Below, in pieces: positions 20,535 to 30,032 of a stretch of 64,000 nt of DNA. The stretch spans positions 60,052 to 124,051 of the forward strand of contig JBCNUU010000001.1 in assembly GCA_039630545.1 (NCBI GenBank). Direction: 5' to 3'. Numbering within the stretch: position 1 is the first letter of the stretch; each line of letters opens with the position of its first letter. This DNA comes from Endomicrobiia bacterium. GTDB taxonomy: Bacteria; Elusimicrobiota; Endomicrobiia; DTEH01. The translations under genes were made by a program, and so were the position numbers. The notes beneath the pieces were generated by a model. It saw nothing but the letters and a program-made list of their open reading frames with translations, ran no database searches and was not told the DNA's origin.

Positions 20535-21132
20535 AATATTTTATTTTAAACTTTTTTTACTTTTAAATCTTAACCTTGTTGCATTTCATGATAACGAGTT
20601 GTTTATAAGTGATATACAAAAAGTAAAAGATGTAGAATATAATATAGTTTTAAACAATGTGATAGTTGTAAAAAATATAAAGTTGCACAAATTAAATATA
20701 GGCAAAAAAGAAGTTTTAGAATTAGAGCTACCTTCTTATACTGCTCCTGATGGAAGAGAGTATCCCCAGATAAGAATTCTTTCAGAAGAATTTCAAGAAA
20801 GAATTTTAAAAGCTATACTTGAAAATAAAAAAGAAAATTTTGATTTTAAAAATAATTCTTTTCCCAGGTTTGAAATAAAAAAATTTCTTCCAGTTAAAAA
20901 AGAAGGAAAAGTTAAAGTTAACGCATCCTTGGTGTTTGAAGGAACTTTAGAAGTTATCTGTAAGATAGTTGAAGACGAAAATAATGTTTATGTATTATGG
21001 CCAGCTGAAAAATTGAAAACCACAGATAAGTGGATAAAGAAAATTGAATTCTTATCGAAGCCTTATCAAAAAATAATAGAAAAACAACTCATAGAAAGAT
21101 ATAAGGTATATAAGTTAGAAAAAGGAATTTAA
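20518..21132 (+). CDS. tandem SpoVG-like domain protein
   Basis: Two ~85-aa segments each matching SpoVG pattern (V..I...........PS...PDG..YP.I.......E.I..AIL and a second ...VYVLWPAEK......I.F.....KII...I); moderate confidence from motif recall only. Confidence 0.4.
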   Translation: MAKEYRIFYFKLFLLLNLNLVAFHDNELFISDIQKVKDVEYNIVLNNVIVVKNIKLHKLNIGKKEVLELELPSYTAPDGREYPQIRILSEEFQERILKAILENKKENFDFKNNSFPRFEIKKFLPVKKEGKVKVNASLVFEGTLEVICKIVEDENNVYVLWPAEKLKTTDKWIKKIEFLSKPYQKIIEKQLIERYKVYKLEKGI

Positions 21133-21161
21133 TGTCTTATCTATTTTAATCCGTCTGGTTT

Positions 21162-24100
21162 GTGATGATGAAAAAGCTTTTTTTTGATCAAAAAATTTTG
21201 ACTGGAATTTCTGATTATATAATTTATAATGTTATCTCTTACAATAATTTGATGATTTTGTTCGATGATTCTTTAGATATGTTGTCTTTTAAAGACATTT
21301 TTGTGGAATACAAAGATTTAGTTTTGAAATATCAGCTTTTAAACTTAAAAGAAGATTTTGAAGTTTTCTTTATAGTCAAAGATAATGGAAATTTGAGTTA
21401 TGAAAGTATAATTGATTTATATAATTTTAATAAGATGCCAAAGTATGATAAAAAAATATGTATTTTTACAAACTCTTTTAGTTTAGATGTAGAAATACCT
21501 TTAGATTTAGAAACTATAGAAATAATCCACAATAATGAAATTGATTTAGAAAAGTTAATTTATATGTTGATTAAGTTTGGATATAAAAATGTGGAATATG
21601 TAGAGATGCTTGGAGAATTTGCAGTTAGAGGGAATATCCTGGATATATGGAGCAATAGTATTATCTACAAAAATGGTCTGAATGAAAAGTATTATAGACA
21701 ACCCGTAAGAATAATTTTAGATGAGAATAGAGTTGAGAATATAAAATTTTTAAATCCATCGACTCAAAGAAGTATATCCGAAGATATCTTTAAAGTAGTA
21801 ATTTTCCCGATAAACTTTATAAACTTATCTTCTAAGAAAATAAAATTAAAAGAAACTTTTAAAGAATATAAAAATTTTATTTTTTTTGGGTTAGAAAATT
21901 GTGATTACTTAGAAGGATATTATCCAAATAAGAAATATTATGGTAACACCGAAATGTTTATAAGAGATATTAAAAATTTTATCTCAGAGGACTATAAAAT
22001 TGTGATAGGATATACTAATGAATATCAAAAAGCACACATAGAAGAACTACTTAAAAAAAATGGAATTTTTCCTATAAAATTAGCAAAAACCTCTCTTACA
22101 AGTGGATTTTATAATATAAATAGAAAATTTTTGTTTATTACCTTTAATGAAATTTTTTTAAAATTTCAACTTTCAACTCTTGTAAAATCTCCAAAGATAT
22201 ATGAAAGCTTAAGATTAGAAAATATCTGGGAAATACAACCTGGTGATTATGTAGTCCATTTTGAATATGGAATTGCAAAATTTTTAGGAACAAAAAAAAT
22301 TACGATAAGAGAAATAACTAAAGAATTTTTAGTTTTGGAGTTTAAAGATAATGCTATTCTTTATGTATCTGTTGTAGATATAAACCAGGTAGAAAAATAC
22401 ATTTCTGTTAAAGGAAAACAACCCACTTTGTCTTCTTTAAGCAAAGAAAGCTGGGAAAAAACAAAAAAGAGAATAAAAGATTCTCTAAAAGAGTTTATTA
22501 TAGAGTTATATAATGTGTATTCACAAAGGAAAAAACTTAAGGGATATAAATTTACAACTGATCAGGAATTAGAAAAAGCATTAGCTGAAAGTTTTGAATA
22601 TGAGGAAACAGAAGACCAACTTAAAGCGATAAATGATGTATATAAGGATATGTCAAGTGATTATCCCATGGACAGAATAATAGTAGGAGATGTAGGTTTT
22701 GGGAAAACGGAGGTTGCTTTAAGGGCAACTTTTAGAGCAGTAATTAACGCAAAACAGGTGGCGATGTTGTGTCCTACGACAGTTTTAGCACATCAGCACT
22801 ATATAACATTTTCAAGAAGACTTGAACCATTTGGGGTAAAAGTAGAAGTGCTTTCTCGGTTAAAAACTAAAACTGAGATTAAAAAAATATTGGAAGATTT
22901 AAGAAGTGGTAAAATAGATGTAATTATAGGTACGCATCTTTTATTAAAAGATGATGTAGAGTTTTTTGATTTAGGAGTTTTAATAATAGATGAAGAACAC
23001 AAATTTGGTGTTAAACAGAAAGAAAAAATTAGATTGAAATATAATTCATTTAAAAATTCATCAGATAAAATTATACCAGATGTTTTGTACTTAACAGCAA
23101 CACCTATACCTAGAACTTTAGCTTCTGGTCTTCAAGGGATAAAAGATATTTCAATAATAGAGTCTCCTCCTCAGGGACGCAAGCCTATAGAGACCTTTGT
23201 GTTGCCTTATAATGAAGAAACTGTAATTTATGCTATAACCAAAGAACTTCAACGCAACGGGCAGGTATATTATATTTATAACGATATTAAAACAATTGAA
23301 AATAAAGTTGAAAAAATAAAAAAATATTTTGGTGAAACAAAAATAGAATTTATCCACAGTAAACTGCCTGAAAAAAAAATAGAAGACATAATGATAAAAT
23401 TTCTAAATAATCAAATACAAATCTTAGTGTCTACAACAATTATTGAATCAGGATTGGATATTCCTGAGGTCAACACAATAATAGTAGAAGAAGCCCACAA
23501 ATTTGGTTTAGCACAGCTTTATCAACTTAGGGGACGAGTAGGGCGAAGAGATAAAAAGGCCTACTGTTATTTTTTTTATTCTAAAGATAATTTAACTTCA
23601 GATGCTAAAAAACGACTTTCAGCATTGATGGAATTTACATCTTTAGGTAGTGGTTATTATTTAGCTTTAAGAGATTTAGAAATAAGAGGAGCCGGAGAAA
23701 TTCTCGGGACCAGACAACATGGTTTTATAAATGAAATTGGCTTAAATATGTATTCAAAATTTATTCAAGAACTGTTATATGAAATAAAAACTAATGAAAA
23801 ATATGAAGATTTTATTCCGTCTATTGATATGGAAATAAATGCTTATATTCCTAAAGAGTATATAAAAGATGAAACCACAAGAATAACTTTTTACAGAAAA
23901 TTACTTTCCGCTGAAAGTTATAATGAGATAGACAATATAAAAGAAGAAATATATGACAGATTTGGTAAAATTTCTCAACAGCAAAACCAACCTCTGGAAA
24001 ATCTTTTTTATTTAAGCTATTTAAAGATATTAATGAAAAAATTTAAAATAAGGAAAATTTATGAGGAAAATAATAAAGAATACAAAAACATATTTCTTAT

Positions 24101-24278
24101 TTTCGGAAGTAATAATAAAATTTTAAAAAAATTCCATGAAAACCTAAAGGATATAGCTTGTTATATTGAGCCAGATAAGATATGTGTAAAGTTTAAAAAA
24201 GAAAGTTTTTCTGTTGAGTCTATTCTTGAAAAACTTTTAGAAGTTGAAAAAAAATTAACAAGTGAGATGAACACATAA
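21162..24278 (+). CDS. mfd: transcription-repair coupling factor
   Basis: 1038 aa; CarD/TRCF domain, DEAD/DEAH helicase motifs (GDVGFGKTEVALRA, IIDEEHKFGV, QLRGRVGR), C-terminal TRCF domain. Confidence 0.9.
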   Translation: MMMKKLFFDQKILTGISDYIIYNVISYNNLMILFDDSLDMLSFKDIFVEYKDLVLKYQLLNLKEDFEVFFIVKDNGNLSYESIIDLYNFNKMPKYDKKICIFTNSFSLDVEIPLDLETIEIIHNNEIDLEKLIYMLIKFGYKNVEYVEMLGEFAVRGNILDIWSNSIIYKNGLNEKYYRQPVRIILDENRVENIKFLNPSTQRSISEDIFKVVIFPINFINLSSKKIKLKETFKEYKNFIFFGLENCDYLEGYYPNKKYYGNTEMFIRDIKNFISEDYKIVIGYTNEYQKAHIEELLKKNGIFPIKLAKTSLTSGFYNINRKFLFITFNEIFLKFQLSTLVKSPKIYESLRLENIWEIQPGDYVVHFEYGIAKFLGTKKITIREITKEFLVLEFKDNAILYVSVVDINQVEKYISVKGKQPTLSSLSKESWEKTKKRIKDSLKEFIIELYNVYSQRKKLKGYKFTTDQELEKALAESFEYEETEDQLKAINDVYKDMSSDYPMDRIIVGDVGFGKTEVALRATFRAVINAKQVAMLCPTTVLAHQHYITFSRRLEPFGVKVEVLSRLKTKTEIKKILEDLRSGKIDVIIGTHLLLKDDVEFFDLGVLIIDEEHKFGVKQKEKIRLKYNSFKNSSDKIIPDVLYLTATPIPRTLASGLQGIKDISIIESPPQGRKPIETFVLPYNEETVIYAITKELQRNGQVYYIYNDIKTIENKVEKIKKYFGETKIEFIHSKLPEKKIEDIMIKFLNNQIQILVSTTIIESGLDIPEVNTIIVEEAHKFGLAQLYQLRGRVGRRDKKAYCYFFYSKDNLTSDAKKRLSALMEFTSLGSGYYLALRDLEIRGAGEILGTRQHGFINEIGLNMYSKFIQELLYEIKTNEKYEDFIPSIDMEINAYIPKEYIKDETTRITFYRKLLSAESYNEIDNIKEEIYDRFGKISQQQNQPLENLFYLSYLKILMKKFKIRKIYEENNKEYKNIFLIFGSNNKILKKFHENLKDIACYIEPDKICVKFKKESFSVESILEKLLEVEKKLTSEMNT

Positions 24279-24605
24279 TGCTGTTTTTTTTGGTGAGTTT
24301 GGATATAAGTTGTTAAAAAGTTTTACTGCTTCATAAGTATTTGCAATGTAAAATTTTATATTTTTTTGTTTGAGATACTCTTTTAACTCATCAGATACTT
24401 CTAAAACACAATTAGCACCACACCCTATAATTAATACCTCAGGTTCGCTTTCTAGGATGTCTTTTATATCTTCTTTATATAATTTATGACCTTCTTTACG
24501 CCACCAGTCTGAAATTATTTTTTCATTAAAAATTTTTATATCAGTAGTGTATGTTTTTCCATTAATTATTATTTTACCAAATTCATAGTGAGATATTTTT
24601 ACCAT
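24255..24605 (-). CDS. Mth938-like domain protein
   Basis: 116 aa, resemblance to Mth938/DUF498 fold (LIIGCGANCVLEV...); 3' end overlaps mfd 3' end convergently. Confidence 0.4.
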   Translation of the reverse strand: MVKISHYEFGKIIINGKTYTTDIKIFNEKIISDWWRKEGHKLYKEDIKDILESEPEVLIIGCGANCVLEVSDELKEYLKQKNIKFYIANTYEAVKLFNNLYPNSPKKTALCVHLTC

Positions 24606-25303
24606 ATATATCTCCAGTAGGTTTTAATTCTTCTTTTTTTTCTTGTTTTAAAAGCAATAACTACTCCGCACAGAAATCCCCCTATATGTGCCCAGTAAGC
24701 AACTCCTGGAAGATCCCTGCCTAAAGCAGCCTTTATCATTAGATTTTGTGTACCACTTAAAAACTGAAAAATTATCCACAGACCTAAAAATATTACCGCA
24801 GGTACAACCACTATTCTGCTAAAAATTCCAAAAGGTACTAATGTCAAAATTCCTGCAGAAGGAAAAAATACAAAATAAGCACCAAGAACACCAGATATCG
24901 CACCTGAAGCTCCGATCATAGGAATTCTACTTGTTGGATTAAGAAGAAACTGAAAAAGACTGCCAGTAAGTCCGCATGTTATGTATATTATTAAATATTT
25001 AAAATGGCCAAATCTATCTTCTACATTGTCACCAAATATATAAAGAAACCACATGTTTCCTAAAAAATGCCAGAAACCACCATGAAGAAACATGGATGTA
25101 AATAAACTCCACCATGAAGAAGAGAAATCAGTAATGAATCTATAAGGTATAAATCCGTAAGAATAAATAAAATTTTCAATTTCATAAAAACTTTTATTAG
25201 AGAAGATATACTGATAGATAAAAACCAAAGAGTTAACAGAAATTATCACATAGTTTACAATTGGAAATCTATAAGATGGTATGTTATCTTTTAAAGGTAT
25301 CAT
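24599..25303 (-). CDS. rhomboid family intramembrane serine protease
   Basis: 6 TM, GASGAISGVLGAY (catalytic Ser) and AHIGGFLCG (catalytic His) motifs. Confidence 0.8.
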   Translation of the reverse strand: MIPLKDNIPSYRFPIVNYVIISVNSLVFIYQYIFSNKSFYEIENFIYSYGFIPYRFITDFSSSWWSLFTSMFLHGGFWHFLGNMWFLYIFGDNVEDRFGHFKYLIIYITCGLTGSLFQFLLNPTSRIPMIGASGAISGVLGAYFVFFPSAGILTLVPFGIFSRIVVVPAVIFLGLWIIFQFLSGTQNLMIKAALGRDLPGVAYWAHIGGFLCGVVIAFKTRKKRRIKTYWRYIW

Positions 25304-26346
25304 TATTTTTTATTTTCTTGAATTTGGGGTCGTGTAATGTTAAGCTGGACCAGAGGTGTATATCCTGTATTCCCAAAAATATCTCTTGCTACAAATCTTA
25401 TCCAGAAATCTCCAGAAATTTCTTTAGGTATCATTTCAAGATTTAAATGAAAAGCATATGGTGGACAAAACATATATTTTGAAAATTTAGTAAAATTTTC
25501 TTTATCTGCGGATATTTCCATGTAAACACATTCAACATTTGGAGTTAGGGCTTGAATAAAAAATACTTTTTCATCATTTTCAGGTCTGCCATCTACTATC
25601 TTTGCAATTTTTATTTCAACAGGTAAGTTTTCTGCTCCCTCAGGAATAAGTTTTATTACTATTGCCGGATCAAAAACTCTAATTTGAGTTTTAAGAGAAT
25701 TTTGTGGATTTATTGGTGGTGCTCCATTTATTTCATTGTTTAACCAGATATTGAATTCTTTTTGATTTTTTTCTCTCCAGGCACCTGCTATAATAGGTGA
25801 GGAAGAAGCAGAAGTTAAATAAGGTGTGTTTGAATATACACAAACCCATATGTCCTCTGAAAAATTAACTTTTTCTAAAGGAATTTCTGTAAAAAACCAT
25901 CTAGCTTCTCCTGTGGTAGTAATTGCGTTTTCCCAGTCACCTTCTGTGGGAATATCTTTTACTTTACATAAAAAATACCTTTGATCTGATTTCCAGGCAG
26001 GGGTTGAAGAAACACCTATGTAGATGTTGCCATCTATGATTTCTTTTTCCCATGGTGGTGCAGATGGTTTTGGTTTTGTTTTTGCCCTTCCTAGTTTTGC
26101 TCCAACATACATTTTAGAAAACAAATTTTTTGGTGGCAATAAATCTTTTTTAAATTTTTTAATCCAGCACATGTTACTTCCTACATACCAGTTGCCGTCC
26201 CATCCACTATTTGCAAAAAGAGTGTATTCATTTATAGGAACACCGCCAGTAATATATGTGGGATAGTATTCTTGGTGTTGACTAAAAGCAAAATATATAA
26301 CAAAAAAACAAAAAGAAAAACACTTTCTTTTTAGTTCTTTTTTCAT
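25303..26346 (-). CDS. hypothetical secreted/anchored protein
   Basis: N-terminal hydrophobic anchor, 347 aa, W/Y-rich, no family recognised. Confidence 0.3.
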   Translation of the reverse strand: MKKELKRKCFSFCFFVIYFAFSQHQEYYPTYITGGVPINEYTLFANSGWDGNWYVGSNMCWIKKFKKDLLPPKNLFSKMYVGAKLGRAKTKPKPSAPPWEKEIIDGNIYIGVSSTPAWKSDQRYFLCKVKDIPTEGDWENAITTTGEARWFFTEIPLEKVNFSEDIWVCVYSNTPYLTSASSSPIIAGAWREKNQKEFNIWLNNEINGAPPINPQNSLKTQIRVFDPAIVIKLIPEGAENLPVEIKIAKIVDGRPENDEKVFFIQALTPNVECVYMEISADKENFTKFSKYMFCPPYAFHLNLEMIPKEISGDFWIRFVARDIFGNTGYTPLVQLNITRPQIQENKK

Positions 26347-26348
26347 TT

Positions 26349-27230
26349 TTAAAGATTGTTTTTTTGTCTCTTAAATGTATTTGCTATTTTCTCAAAATCT
26401 TCTAAGGAATTATATGAAATTATAACTTTACCCTTTATATTACTTGTAGGTTTTATTTTTACTTTCAATCCTAAAGATTCTGATAACTCTTTTTCTATTT
26501 GTTTGATGTCCGCTGAAACAGTAAATATTTTTTTTGTTTTAGTTTTTTGCATCTTTAATGACTTGACAATGTTTTCAATATCTCTTACAGTAAGTTTATC
26601 CTGGATTATTTTGTTTGAAATCTCTAAAATTGTTTGTTTATCCTTTATACTGGCTAATGCTCTGGCATGACCTGCAGATATTAAGCCGTCTTCAATATAA
26701 CTTAAAACTTCAGATGGAAGATTTAATATTCTTAAAGTATTTGCTATTACGCTTCTGTCTTTTCCTATAAGCTTAGCGAGTTCCTCTTGTGTTAAGTTAT
26801 ATTCTTCAGATAAACTTTTATATGCATAAGCTTCTTCTATAGGATTGAGTTCTTCTCTTTGAAGATTTTCTATTAAAGACAAGATTTTTTTCTGTTTTTC
26901 ATCTAAAACTTTTACTATTACAGGCAGTTCTTTAAGATTTGCAAGTTGTGCTGCGCGCCATCTTCTTTCTCCACATATGATTTCGTAACTGTTTTCGTCA
27001 ATTGGAGAAACAATGAGAGGTTCTATGATCCCTGAATTCTTTATAGAATCAGCAAGTTGTTGTAGAGTTTCAATTTTAAAGTTTTTTCTTGGCTGCCATT
27101 TTGGAGGTTGAAGTTTTTGTATTTCAACTAATAATATGTTTTCTGCAGTTTTAGTTTTATGGTCTAGTTGTGAAATTGAACCAAATTCTGACAACAAAGC
27201 TTCTAAACCTTTTCCAAGGTGTTTTTTCAT
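26349..27230 (-). CDS. parB: chromosome partitioning protein ParB (Spo0J)
   Basis: ParB box GERRWRAA, HTH region, 293 aa, immediately downstream of parA. Confidence 0.85.
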   Translation of the reverse strand: MKKHLGKGLEALLSEFGSISQLDHKTKTAENILLVEIQKLQPPKWQPRKNFKIETLQQLADSIKNSGIIEPLIVSPIDENSYEIICGERRWRAAQLANLKELPVIVKVLDEKQKKILSLIENLQREELNPIEEAYAYKSLSEEYNLTQEELAKLIGKDRSVIANTLRILNLPSEVLSYIEDGLISAGHARALASIKDKQTILEISNKIIQDKLTVRDIENIVKSLKMQKTKTKKIFTVSADIKQIEKELSESLGLKVKIKPTSNIKGKVIISYNSLEDFEKIANTFKRQKNNL

Positions 27231-27232
27231 AG

Positions 27233-28003
27233 TTAATTTTTGTTAATTTTTAAAATTTCTTGTGCTAGTTGTAAATATGCTATTGTTACTTTTGAATATC
27301 TATCATAGTAAAGCAAAGGTTTACCATAACTTGGAGCTTCCGCTGCACGAATTCCGCGAGGAATTATAGTATTGTAAACTTTATGTTGAAAGTATTTTTT
27401 AACATTCTGTGCTATTTCTTCACTAAGGGATGTACGTGTATCATACATGGTTAAAATTACGCCTTCTATAGATAGATTTTTATTTAAATGTGTCTGCACA
27501 AGATTTATTGTTTTTAAAAGTTGAGCCAGACCTTCTAAAGCAAAATATTCACATTGAATAGGAACCAGTACACTTTCACAACTTGCCAGTGCGTTTATTG
27601 TAAGAAGTCCAAGTGACGGTGGACAATCTATTAGAATATAATCATAAGTTGATTTTATTAACTCTAAAGCTTTATTTAATCTATACTCCCTGTTTAGCAT
27701 ACTTACAAGTTCAACCTCAGCTCCTGTCAGGTCTATATGTGAGGGAGCGATATCTAACCAGTCTACAGAAGTGTGAATTATTATATTTCTTATATCTTCA
27801 TCTCCGATTATCACATGATAGATATTTTTGTTTGCAACTTTGTCAATTCTTATACCCAGACCACTTGTAGCATTTGCCTGAGGGTCAATATCTACAATTA
27901 ATACACTTTTTCCATAATATGCTAATGATGTTGCTAAGTTTATTACAGTTGTAGTTTTGCCAACACCACCTTTTTGATTTGCGACAGTTATGATTCTGTT
28001 CAT
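27233..28003 (-). CDS. parA: chromosome partitioning ATPase ParA (Soj)
   Basis: Deviant Walker A KGGVGKTT, 256 aa. Confidence 0.85.
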   Translation of the reverse strand: MNRIITVANQKGGVGKTTTVINLATSLAYYGKSVLIVDIDPQANATSGLGIRIDKVANKNIYHVIIGDEDIRNIIIHTSVDWLDIAPSHIDLTGAEVELVSMLNREYRLNKALELIKSTYDYILIDCPPSLGLLTINALASCESVLVPIQCEYFALEGLAQLLKTINLVQTHLNKNLSIEGVILTMYDTRTSLSEEIAQNVKKYFQHKVYNTIIPRGIRAAEAPSYGKPLLYYDRYSKVTIAYLQLAQEILKINKN

Positions 28004-28267
28004 TTATTTTGAAAAAATAAAAATTATTCCGATAACTATAAATATAATACCACTTATATATTTTAAGTAGTGATATGGAAAAATTTTACTAAAAACAGAA
28101 CCTAAAATCACTGCTAAAAAATTAGTAATACAGAAAGCAAATGTAGCACCGAGCCAAACATTTAAAGGTTTAAACGATTTTGTAGTAAATGAAATTGCAA
28201 CAAGTTGTGTTTTATCAGCCATTTCTGCAAATAACATACTAAAAAACACAATGATTATTTCTTTCAT
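28004..28267 (-). CDS. UPF0016 (GDT1-like) single-repeat membrane protein
   Basis: E-x-A-D-K-T motif (FAEMADKTQL), 3 TM, 87 aa. Confidence 0.5.
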   Translation of the reverse strand: MKEIIIVFFSMLFAEMADKTQLVAISFTTKSFKPLNVWLGATFAFCITNFLAVILGSVFSKIFPYHYLKYISGIIFIVIGIIFIFSK

Positions 28268-29280
28268 TCTTTTTCCTCCTCAGGTTTAGTTTTTTTATTT
28301 TTTAAAAATAAAAGCAAAAATTTATCTTCGTATTCTTTATATACACCCCATTTATCCAACTCTTCTTTTAGTTGTTTAGCATATTCTATGTTCTCAGATG
28401 CTAACTTAAACAGTTCATTGATTTTATTTTTTGCAGATTGTGGTAAAGAAAATTTTATTTGTTTTTTGAGTTCTTCAAAAGTGATACCTTCCTCAATTCC
28501 TAATAAATTTTGTTTTTTTGGTTTTAAAATAGGATTTTTAATTTCTGTGTTTAATTGTTTAAAAAACTTTTGTGTTTTTTTATCTATTTCTACAAATAAA
28601 TCTTTTATTTTTTCATCAAATTTTTTTATGTCTTCATATATAGTGCTAAAACCTAAATCAAATGAAAATGTTTTTTTAAGCAACTCAATAATAGGAATAG
28701 CTGCTTGAGGATTAATCATATCTATTGTATAAAAAGGTATTTCGCAAAATATACATACACCCTTTATAGCTAAATCCCTAGCTAAAGTAAGCAATACTGC
28801 ATTGATTCCTTCTAATGTTCCAAATTTTAGATTTTTGACTTCATTAAATATTTTTATGTCAGGCATATTTTTTGCAATATATATTTGAGGATAATCTGTA
28901 TGCAGAATATAAGATGGTAAAGCATGAAAGGTAATAATTAAAGATACCTCTAATTGCTCAAAAAAGTTTATAAGTTCATCTGCAAATTTTTTGTAATATA
29001 TTATAGAAGGTTCTAAGTTGGCAGATATAAACAAAAAATCACCCTGTTTTTGTTTTGAATAATATATTTTATCATAAGATGAAGTATTAGAATAAATTAT
29101 CCCGTTTTCTACTATAGTATTACTTACTATATATTCGTCAATTTCTATTTCTGCAAAAAGTGACGGTTTAAGTTGAGAAATTAAATGGTTTATCACATAA
29201 TTACCTATCATTCCTATTGAAGGCCATGAAAAAAACACGATAGGTTGTTTTGTTTTTATTTTACTTTTTTGTATAATCAT
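28264..29280 (-). CDS. PAC2-family-like protein with C-terminal coiled-coil extension
   Basis: N-terminal PIVFFSWPSIGMIGNYVINHL resembles PAC2 family P.LV.G.PG.G.VG motif; K/E-rich tail. Confidence 0.35.
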   Translation of the reverse strand: MIIQKSKIKTKQPIVFFSWPSIGMIGNYVINHLISQLKPSLFAEIEIDEYIVSNTIVENGIIYSNTSSYDKIYYSKQKQGDFLFISANLEPSIIYYKKFADELINFFEQLEVSLIITFHALPSYILHTDYPQIYIAKNMPDIKIFNEVKNLKFGTLEGINAVLLTLARDLAIKGVCIFCEIPFYTIDMINPQAAIPIIELLKKTFSFDLGFSTIYEDIKKFDEKIKDLFVEIDKKTQKFFKQLNTEIKNPILKPKKQNLLGIEEGITFEELKKQIKFSLPQSAKNKINELFKLASENIEYAKQLKEELDKWGVYKEYEDKFLLLFLKNKKTKPEEEKE

Positions 29281-29906
29281 TTTTTTAAATTTAAAATACA
29301 GGCTAATCTTAGAAATTCTACTGTTAAGTCTATTTTAAGTATCTCTATATTGTTTTTAGATGGAGTAATAACCACAGGAGTAAAGTTAAGAATACCTTTT
29401 ACTCCGCATGATATTACATAGTTTATAGTATCTTTAGCTACTTCCTGTGGAACCGTAATTACAGCAATATCAATTTTGTGTTTTTTAGCAAAAGTTTTTA
29501 GGTGGTCAATGTGATATATTTTTATTCCATTAATTTTTTTATTTATGATACTTTTTGAAACATCAAAACCAGCAATTATATTTAGTTTATGTTTTTTAAA
29601 GCCCGGATATTTTATTAAAGCAGAACCAAGTTTTCCACAGCCTACTATTATTACATTCCAGGTTTTATTTAATCCTAAAACATTTGATATTTTTTTGAGT
29701 AAATTTTTTATTTTATAGCCCTTTTTAGGAATACCTAATTGTCCAAGTAAAGCTAAATCTTTTCTTATTATTTCTGGTGTAAATCCAAGTTGATCAGCAA
29801 TTTCCTTAGAAGATATAAATTCTTTGCTATAAGGTTTTAATAAAAGTTGATAATACAAAGAAAGTCGTGTGATGGTTCTATTGGGTAACATAACGTTTTT
29901 AGTCAT
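29277..29906 (-). CDS. rex: redox-sensing transcriptional repressor Rex
   Basis: Winged-helix N-terminus (RLSLYYQLL), Rossmann GCGKLGSAL; ATG at 29906 preferred over TTG start of track ORF (29942). Confidence 0.8.
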   Translation of the reverse strand: MTKNVMLPNRTITRLSLYYQLLLKPYSKEFISSKEIADQLGFTPEIIRKDLALLGQLGIPKKGYKIKNLLKKISNVLGLNKTWNVIIVGCGKLGSALIKYPGFKKHKLNIIAGFDVSKSIINKKINGIKIYHIDHLKTFAKKHKIDIAVITVPQEVAKDTINYVISCGVKGILNFTPVVITPSKNNIEILKIDLTVEFLRLACILNLKK

Positions 29907-29959
29907 AGTTTTTGATATACTAATTATTTTTTTTAAAAACAAGTGATAATGATAAAAAA

Positions 29960-29976
29960 TTGTGATTTATTGACAA
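29960..29976. promoter_or_regulatory. candidate Rex operator-like site TTGTGA-N5-TGACAA
   Basis: TTGTGATTTATTGACAA in rex upstream region, overlapping -35 of divergent promoter; imperfect versus TTGTGAA-N4-TTCACAA consensus (spacing and one half-site base differ). Confidence 0.2.
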
Positions 29977-29998
29977 AATTAAATTTTTATTATAAAAT
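29970..29998 (+). promoter_or_regulatory. putative sigma70-like promoter (TTGACA -17- TAAAAT) for OMP/HNH operon
   Basis: TTGACA 29970-29975, 17-nt spacer, TAAAAT 29993-29998, GGGGGG RBS upstream of ATG 30033. Confidence 0.35.
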
Positions 29999-30032
29999 AT
30001 AAAAAACTTAATAAGGGGGGTAGTTATTAATT

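Noticed and set aside
29960-29976. Confident Rex box call
   Set aside because: Half-site spacing (N5) and second half-site (TGACAA instead of TCACAA) deviate from the Firmicutes consensus; kept only as low-confidence candidate.
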